In this document: one piece after another, positions 25,819-31,284 of the stretch
Position numbering within the stretch: position 1 is the first letter of the stretch
Layout of the letters: each line of letters starts with the position of its first letter
NCBI GenBank assembly: GCA_964247135.1
Contig: CAXTTL010000028.1
Location: 1-31,284, forward strand
Length of the DNA: 31,284 nucleotides
Direction: 5' to 3'
Origin: an uncultured Deinococcales bacterium
GTDB taxonomy: Bacteria > Deinococcota > Deinococci > Deinococcales > JAAFIG01
Notes under the pieces: model-generated
The model's database searches: none
Told to the model about the DNA's origin: nothing
Seen by the model: only the letters and a program-made list of their open reading frames with translations
Made by a program: the position numbers and the translations under genes

Positions 25819-26045
25819 GTAGGGTGCGCCGTGCGCACCAAGAATAATAAGCAGCGCCCTACAAGAAAGTCATGTGGTGTAGGGGTGAACACAGGGTTCA
25901 CCCTTGCCGCGAAATCGCAACGTTATTCAATTGCGGTTCATGGAAACCGATTTCACCAACATGAGTTGGACTATAAAACGCACTTACGCTAGATTACCGT
26001 GCGCACCAAAAGCACGTGTCCAACGGTGCGCGAGGCGCACCCTAC
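25819..26045. repeat. Composite REP cluster (classes A, B, C)
   Basis: GTAGGGTGCGCCGTGCGCACC at 25819, AAGCAGCGCCCTAC at 25849, GTAGGGGTGAACACAGGGTTCACCC at 25879, CCGTGCGCACC at 25997, and GGTGCGCGAGGCGCACCCTAC at 26025. Confidence 0.8.
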
Positions 26046-26056
26046 CAAATCAAAAC

Positions 26057-27463
26057 CTAAACCAGATTGGTAATAAAATGATGCCAGCCGCTCGAGGCTT
26101 CGGGCAGTGCATCGCGCTCCTCTTCGGGTTGCATGATGCCGTCGGCGTAGGCACGTACCGCCAATTGATGCGATCCCGCCTTGGGCGTCCAGGGGCTGCG
26201 CCACTGCTGCCAGGCGAGGCTCGAGCGACGCGGTAACAACTCGGCTTCCGTCCAGCTTGTGCCGCCGTCGGTGCTGATTTCGACTTTGGTGATGGTTTTT
26301 TTGCCGGCAAAGGCAATGCCGCGAATCTCTTGAATTGTTGCTGCCTTCAGGTTGACCGCCAGCTCGTCTGGGCTGTCGATGCGGCTCATGGTTTGGGTGT
26401 AGGCGCTACGGCTCCAACCGCGCTCGACCCAGTACCCCGTGGTCTCTTTGTCTGAGAGTTCAATCTCGGTGATCCAACGGGGTTGTTTCATGCCCAAACG
26501 CCCGGGAATCAAGACCCGCAACGGAAAACCGTGCTTTTGTGAAAGTGCTTTGTTGTTCATGCCGTACACCAGCAACACATCATCCTCGAGCGCCTGCGCC
26601 AAAGGCAGAGACTCGGTGTAACCATCGGCGGCTTTCCAGTTGATAAACCGTGCGCTGGGTTCAATCCCGACCTCTTGCAGCAAATCACGCAAACGAAAAC
26701 CATTCCAGATGGCATTGCCGATCAGACCGCCGCCGACCGCGTTGGAAATGCAAACCATCGTCGCCTCGAGGTCGTTGCGCGGCTTGGCTTTTAATTCCGC
26801 CAAGCTGAACTGACGCGGGGTTTTCACCAAGCCCGAGACTTTTAACTGCCACTTGTCGGCGCTGAGTTTCGGGTCGAACGCCTCGAGATTCTTGGAAATG
26901 CTGTAAAAATCGGACTGCGCGGTAATGCCTGATGGCAGTTTTTGACCGCTTTTGATCAGCGGTGTTGTCTCGCTCGAGCCGAAAGTGTACTTCAAAAGCG
27001 CTGCCGCGCCGCCGCCAACCAGAACCCCCGAACCGATGGTCAACCAACCAAGGGCGTTGCGCCGATCCAAACGAATCGAATCGCCCAAAACTGGGGACTC
27101 GAGGGCATAACGAATCCCAAAATAAACCAGGGCTGTTCCCAGGGCGACCGTGACGGGCACGAGCAACACGCAAGCCAGGAAGACCAAAACACTCGCCAGC
27201 CAAGGGCGCAACCACCCAAACAGGCTTAGCACCACCAACCACAAACCAAAACTGCCCGCAAAAGCAAAGACCTTGCCCGCCACGCCGTAACCCAAAATCT
27301 TGTGCACCATCTGAAACATCGCGGGCGTGCCCATGAACTGCGAGAGGTGGTTGAACAACTCTTGGGGCGGATACGGAAGCTCGAGCAGTAACCGCAACAA
27401 CAAACCCAAAGCGCTAACACTTACCAGGGCAACAAAACCGCGCATCAAACCAGAAATTCTCAT
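26057..27463 (-). CDS. Membrane-anchored molybdopterin-dependent oxidoreductase (sulfite oxidase family)
   Basis: Mo-ligating Cys in VCISN, GNAIW, DGY, HGFPLR, GMKQPRW, GYW, and a C-terminal dimerisation domain (VEISTDGGTSW). N-terminal TM helices followed by DRRNAL. Confidence 0.9.
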   Translation of the reverse strand: MRISGLMRGFVALVSVSALGLLLRLLLELPYPPQELFNHLSQFMGTPAMFQMVHKILGYGVAGKVFAFAGSFGLWLVVLSLFGWLRPWLASVLVFLACVLLVPVTVALGTALVYFGIRYALESPVLGDSIRLDRRNALGWLTIGSGVLVGGGAAALLKYTFGSSETTPLIKSGQKLPSGITAQSDFYSISKNLEAFDPKLSADKWQLKVSGLVKTPRQFSLAELKAKPRNDLEATMVCISNAVGGGLIGNAIWNGFRLRDLLQEVGIEPSARFINWKAADGYTESLPLAQALEDDVLLVYGMNNKALSQKHGFPLRVLIPGRLGMKQPRWITEIELSDKETTGYWVERGWSRSAYTQTMSRIDSPDELAVNLKAATIQEIRGIAFAGKKTITKVEISTDGGTSWTEAELLPRRSSLAWQQWRSPWTPKAGSHQLAVRAYADGIMQPEEERDALPEASSGWHHFITNLV

Positions 27464-27471
27464 ACCCTGAT

Positions 27472-27500
27472 ATACGCATTCCAAGCCTCGAGTGGATGTT
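27472..27500 (-). promoter_or_regulatory. ECF-sigma-type promoter (copy 1)
   Basis: AACATCCA-N16-CGTAT, 8 nt before ATG 27463. The same motif occurs at 28355-28383. Confidence 0.7.
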
Positions 27501-27536
27501 TTGATGATCTGGGACAGTGTTTCTCGAGGCAACAAT

Positions 27537-27567
27537 AAAAAAACACCCGCCAATATTGGCGGGTGTT
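27537..27567 (-). terminator. Intrinsic terminator of the DUF4397 gene
   Basis: AACACCCGCCAATATTGGCGGGTGTT is a perfect palindrome with an adjacent A7 (U-tract on the minus strand). Confidence 0.8.
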
Positions 27568-27590
27568 CTCTCGAGCGAAAGCTTTAAAAC

Positions 27591-28304
27591 CTATTTAAAA
27601 CCCATTGAACCTTTGACGATTTTGTCTTCGTTCGGCGTCACTTTGAACGATGCGGCGTCTTTTCCATCAAGCAAACCGAAGGCGAACAGGCTGTACGACT
27701 TGCCGCCAGCCACGCTGATGCCTTTCAGGTTGTAAACCACTGGCGTCATCGCACCGGCTGGCACAATGTTCAAATTCACGCCCATTGGGCTGACTTTGAC
27801 GGTCACGCTCTTGCGGTACGCCAGGTTGTTGACCACTTTGGCATTGTTCAAATCGATTGCCAGCGCGTCAACGTTTGGTGATTTGTACGACAGGTGATAG
27901 ACCGTGATTTGGGCTTTGTTCTTGTTGCGGTTTGGGGTTGGGTCTTTGAACACCTCTAAAGCGCGGTCGGCAGCCATGTTGACGGCGGCGACGGTGGTGT
28001 AGGTGTTGGCTTTGACTTCAAAGCTTGGCACGCTGAACAAAACAGATTTCTTGTCGTCGTGAACGGTGACGGTCACTTCGTACTTGCCTGCTGGAACGTC
28101 GCCGTATGGGGTGACGCCCGTGTAAGGCGCACCGTCAACGGTTTTGACTTCCATGCCTTTGGAATCTTTCAGGAAAACGTCAACGGCTGGCGCGTCGCTG
28201 ATGGCGTGAACCACGCGAACGTAACCGTTGTGCATCATCATCTGTGCCGAAGTCATCGAGAGGGCTGCCAATCCGAGTGCGCCAATAAAAAATACTTTCT
28301 TCAT
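27591..28304 (-). CDS. Secreted DUF4397 domain protein
   Basis: Signal peptide MKKVFFIGALGLAALSMTSA and two VRVVHAxxDAPAVDV-like repeats. RBS GGAGG before ATG 28304. Confidence 0.87.
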   Translation of the reverse strand: MKKVFFIGALGLAALSMTSAQMMMHNGYVRVVHAISDAPAVDVFLKDSKGMEVKTVDGAPYTGVTPYGDVPAGKYEVTVTVHDDKKSVLFSVPSFEVKANTYTTVAAVNMAADRALEVFKDPTPNRNKNKAQITVYHLSYKSPNVDALAIDLNNAKVVNNLAYRKSVTVKVSPMGVNLNIVPAGAMTPVVYNLKGISVAGGKSYSLFAFGLLDGKDAASFKVTPNEDKIVKGSMGFK

Positions 28305-28354
28305 AAAATCCTCCGAAATTGTCGAGTGTCTTGAACCTGCCACTCTGATGGTAG

Positions 28355-28383
28355 ATACGAAGCAGAATTGATGTTTGGATGTT
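28355..28383 (-). promoter_or_regulatory. ECF-sigma-type promoter (copy 2)
   Basis: AACATCCA-N16-CGTAT upstream of the DUF4397 gene. Confidence 0.7.
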
Positions 28384-28444
28384 CAAACGGTCTTTCCAGT
28401 TCACATGACATACACTGTTAAAGCCTTGGCTTAGACTCGAGATC

Positions 28445-29488
28445 ATGAAGCTCGAGTTGCTGCATTCCCAATTGCTGGCTTGGTTTGACGCCCACCAGCG
28501 CGATTTGCCGTGGCGCAAGACCAAAGATCCGTACCAAATTTTGCTGTCTGAAGTGTTGTTGCAACAAACCCAGGTCTCTCGAGGTGTGGTGTTCTTCGAG
28601 CGTTTTATGACGGCGTTCCCGACCATCCAGGATTTGGCGGCAGCCCCGCTCGAGGCGGTCTTGAAAGCCTGGGAGGGCGCTGGCTATTACGCTCGGGCGC
28701 GAAACTTGCACAGGGCGGCGCAGGTCATCGCAGAACACGGAATGCCTTCAACATTGGCAGGTTTGCTCGAGTTGCCAGGGGTCGGGCGTTACACGGCGGG
28801 CGCGGTTGCCAGCATTGCCTTTGGGCTGCCCGTGCCGGTCGTGGACGGCAACGTGCGGCGCGTTTTGGCGCGGTGGTTGTGCGAACCCACACCGACCGAC
28901 GATTGGTTGTGGGCGTACACCGAGGGCTTCCTGGCGAAAACCCGTCCTGGCGATTGGAATCAGGCGATCATGGAACTGGGCGCAACGGTCTGCACGCCAA
29001 AAAATCCGTCCTGCGACAGTTGCCCAGTCTCGAGCCAGTGTTGCGCGTTTTTAAAGGGGCGTGTCGCCAGTATTCCAGCGCCCAAAATCCGCAGTGCGGT
29101 CAAGGAAGTCAAAGCCGTTGCGCTGGTGATTGGCAACCACGGGCGTTACCTGCTCGAGCAACGCCCGAAAAAGGGTTTGCTGGGTGGCTTGCACGGCTTT
29201 CCGTTGCTCGAGATTGAGGTCAATCGGCAACTCACGCTCGAGGAACTTTTGAGCCGATACCAGATCAAAACCCCAGCCCGTTTTGTCGGTGTGGTCAACC
29301 ACACCATGACGCACCGTCAATTTGAGATTCAGGTTTTTGAAGTTCAGTCCGAACTCGAGAGCCTCGAGCTGCCTTCAAGCCTTGCGCTCTCAAAATTGGA
29401 TCAAAAGATTTTGGCACTTTTTGAGCGAAGCGAGGCACAAGAGGTATTGCTGCTTGAGCATCCACCATTGTTTCCTGATTTTAAATAG
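28445..29488 (+). CDS. mutY: A/G-specific adenine glycosylase
   Basis: RDLPWR, SEVLLQQT, GYYARARNLH, HhH LPGVGRYTA, VDGNVRRV, and 4Fe-4S motif CTPKNPSCDSCPVSSQC. Confidence 0.95.
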   Translation: MKLELLHSQLLAWFDAHQRDLPWRKTKDPYQILLSEVLLQQTQVSRGVVFFERFMTAFPTIQDLAAAPLEAVLKAWEGAGYYARARNLHRAAQVIAEHGMPSTLAGLLELPGVGRYTAGAVASIAFGLPVPVVDGNVRRVLARWLCEPTPTDDWLWAYTEGFLAKTRPGDWNQAIMELGATVCTPKNPSCDSCPVSSQCCAFLKGRVASIPAPKIRSAVKEVKAVALVIGNHGRYLLEQRPKKGLLGGLHGFPLLEIEVNRQLTLEELLSRYQIKTPARFVGVVNHTMTHRQFEIQVFEVQSELESLELPSSLALSKLDQKILALFERSEAQEVLLLEHPPLFPDFK

Positions 29489-29522
29489 CGCGTTCAGCAC
29501 AAGTCTCAAGCGATTTTCTTGC

Positions 29523-29589
29523 GGCGTCAATTGCCGTCACTCGCCCATGTGACGCCCAAATGACGCCTCCCTTTTATATTGACGGCAAT
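29523..29589. promoter_or_regulatory. Candidate multi-site operator (TGACGSC x5)
   Basis: GGCGTCA 29523, GCCGTCA 29533, TGACGCC 29550, TGACGCC 29561, TGACGGC 29580. Confidence 0.5.
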
Positions 29590-29630
29590 CAAAGCGCCTC
29601 GAGCGAATCTCGAGAGACAGCGAGGACACC

Positions 29631-29981
29631 ATGCTCTCAAGTGCCGAACACCAAGTGAATCACACACGAGCCATCTGGGGATCAATGATGAACCAATTCG
29701 TTGGTACGCTCGATTTGACTGGCGCGGAGATTGAATACGCTGGACACCGCATGAACGTCACCACGGGCAAGCTCGGACATTTTGACCCGACCACCCGCGA
29801 GGTGCGTGGCAGACTCAGCGTCAGCAGCGCCATCCGTCCGAACGTCTGGACGTCCAACATTCGCATCCGTTGGCAAAACCACGAATTTGAAGTGATGATG
29901 ATGTCCGTTCAGGACATGAACGATTCTGGCGAGTTGAAACTCAAATTTATTGCCCGTTGGATTCCGCCCGTGCTTGCTTAA
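29631..29981 (+). CDS. Hypothetical beta-rich protein (116 aa)
   Basis: RBS GAGGA before the ATG and its own terminator at 30028-30065. Confidence 0.65.
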   Translation: MLSSAEHQVNHTRAIWGSMMNQFVGTLDLTGAEIEYAGHRMNVTTGKLGHFDPTTREVRGRLSVSSAIRPNVWTSNIRIRWQNHEFEVMMMSVQDMNDSGELKLKFIARWIPPVLA

Positions 29982-30027
29982 CATTGCCCCTTCTTCGCGC
30001 TTGGTGTTGACCGAGCGCATATCCTCA

Positions 30028-30065
30028 GCAACGCCGGGACCTCCCGCTCGGCGTTGCCTTTTTTT
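30028..30065 (+). terminator. Intrinsic terminator
   Basis: GCAACGCCG...CGGCGTTGC followed by CTTTTTTT. Confidence 0.75.
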
Positions 30066-30107
30066 GCTGTAAACTCGAGCCTCAAACTTTTTTCTTGAGG
30101 TGAACGC

Positions 30108-31100
30108 ATGTATTCAGCCAACGACAACCGTTACGGAACCATGAAATACAACCATTCTGGACGCAGTGGCTTAAAACTGCCTGCGATTTCGCTGGGCTTG
30201 TGGCACAACTTTGGCGGCATTGACAGGCTTGAGCAACAACGCGCGATTTTGCGCAAAGCTTTCGATTTGGGCGTCACGCATTTTGACCTGGCAAACAATT
30301 ACGGACCGCCTCCAGGCAGCGCCGAAAGCAATTTTGGGGTTTTGCTCGAGTCTGACTTTAAACCCTACCGCGATGAACTCATCATCTCGAGCAAAGCCGG
30401 TTATTACATGTGGGCGGGACCATACGGCGAATGGGGTTCGCGCAAGTATTTGGTCTCCAGCCTCGATCAGAGTTTAAAACGTATGAAACTCGAGTACGTC
30501 GATATTTTCTACCATCACCGCCCTGACCCGAACACGCCGCTCGAGGAAACCATGACCGCGCTCGACTTTATCGTGCGCAGCGGACGGGCGTTATACGTTG
30601 GCATCTCGAATTACAGTGCCGCCCAAACCCGAGAAGCCTCAAAAATCTTAAAGTCGCTCGGCACGCCCTGCCTGATCCATCAACCTGTGTTTAACATGTT
30701 CAACCGCCTCGTCGAAAACGATGGTCTGCTCGAGGTGTTGCGCGAGGAGGGCATCGGCTGCATTCCGTTTTCGCCCTTGGCGCAAGGGATGTTGACCGAC
30801 AAGTACCTGGCGGGTATCCCCAGCGATTCTCGAGCGGCTGGTTTGGTTGGATTTTTAAAACCCGAGCAAATCTCGAGTGACAAAATGGACAAGGTTAGGC
30901 GTTTGCAGGTACTCGCGCAGGCACGTGGTCAAACGCTGGCGCAAATGGCGCTCGCCTGGGTCTTGCGCCACCCCGAAATCACCAGCGCCCTCATTGGCGC
31001 AAGCCGTCCAGAACAAGTCGAGGACGCGGTTGGCTTGCTCGAGAAACCGAATTTTGCCAGCGACGAACTGCAATTGATCGAAAGTATTTTGGCAAGTTGA
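30108..31100 (+). CDS. gpr: L-glyceraldehyde 3-phosphate reductase (YghZ/Gpr aldo-keto reductase)
   Basis: ISLGLWHNFG, HFDLANNYGPPPGSAE, YRDELIISSKAGY, GSRKYL and PLAQGMLT motifs. RBS GAGGTG. Confidence 0.92.
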   Translation: MYSANDNRYGTMKYNHSGRSGLKLPAISLGLWHNFGGIDRLEQQRAILRKAFDLGVTHFDLANNYGPPPGSAESNFGVLLESDFKPYRDELIISSKAGYYMWAGPYGEWGSRKYLVSSLDQSLKRMKLEYVDIFYHHRPDPNTPLEETMTALDFIVRSGRALYVGISNYSAAQTREASKILKSLGTPCLIHQPVFNMFNRLVENDGLLEVLREEGIGCIPFSPLAQGMLTDKYLAGIPSDSRAAGLVGFLKPEQISSDKMDKVRRLQVLAQARGQTLAQMALAWVLRHPEITSALIGASRPEQVEDAVGLLEKPNFASDELQLIESILAS

Positions 31101-31284
31101 ACCTCAAGTTTTGTTGATCATCATGAGATGGTTTTGATCGCGTGAACGGCATTTGGCAATTCAGGGTTTGATTTGGTTTCTCGAGCGGTTCGATTGGCTT
31201 TGGTATTGCAGATTTCCCTGACAACCCTGGCTCTTTGAAATGATGACTCGGATTCGGGTTGGCGTTTTCAGGCGGCAGAGCGAA

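Larger units (their letters stand above)
1..31284. repeat. Highly iterated palindrome CTCGAG dispersed across the window
   Basis: Manual count of about 220 copies (about 66 in 1-10 kb, 82 in 10-20 kb, 73 in the rest) versus about 8 expected for a random 6-mer. Present in genes and intergenic DNA. Confidence 0.97.

Noticed and set aside
1-31284. CTCGAG density as an XhoI cloning or assembly artefact
   Set aside because: Sites lie in-frame within intact conserved genes and within hairpin stems, with no chimeric junctions.
31101-31284. Gene at the right edge
   Set aside because: Two minus-strand frames are open from the edge, but neither has recognisable motifs, so no call can be supported.
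1-31284. tRNA, rRNA, intact transposase, prophage or defence system
   Set aside because: None recognised. The HExxH peptidase lacks phage or toxin neighbours, and the LuxR-AAA protein has a regulator architecture.

Overview
This is a chromosomal window of about 30 genes from a bacterium most likely in the Deinococcota. That assignment is an inference from the PNP-yggS-divIVA synteny, the TrmB C-terminal extension, frequent leaderless -10-to-ATG promoters and a Deinococcus-type intergenic repeat. Housekeeping genes (bamA, PNP, yggS, divIVA, HDAC, sixA, ppx, Nudix, surE, trmB, mutY, gpr) surround three accessory modules: a divergent inositol cluster (MBL-fold + iolM / gntR + DapA-like + iolG), a LuxR-AAA regulator with a DUF4242 gene, and a DUF4397 + Mo-oxidoreductase pair whose genes share an identical ECF-type promoter motif. 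The strongest unexplained signal is the palindrome CTCGAG. A hand count gives about 220 copies (about 1 per 140 bp, roughly 25-30x random), in all reading frames and inside terminators and promoters, resembling a highly iterated palindrome (HIP) system. Also present are an orphan cluster of four DnaA boxes, three classes of GTAG-type REP elements and several candidate operators. All calls come from reading the sequence and recalled family motifs; no database searches were run and counts are manual.
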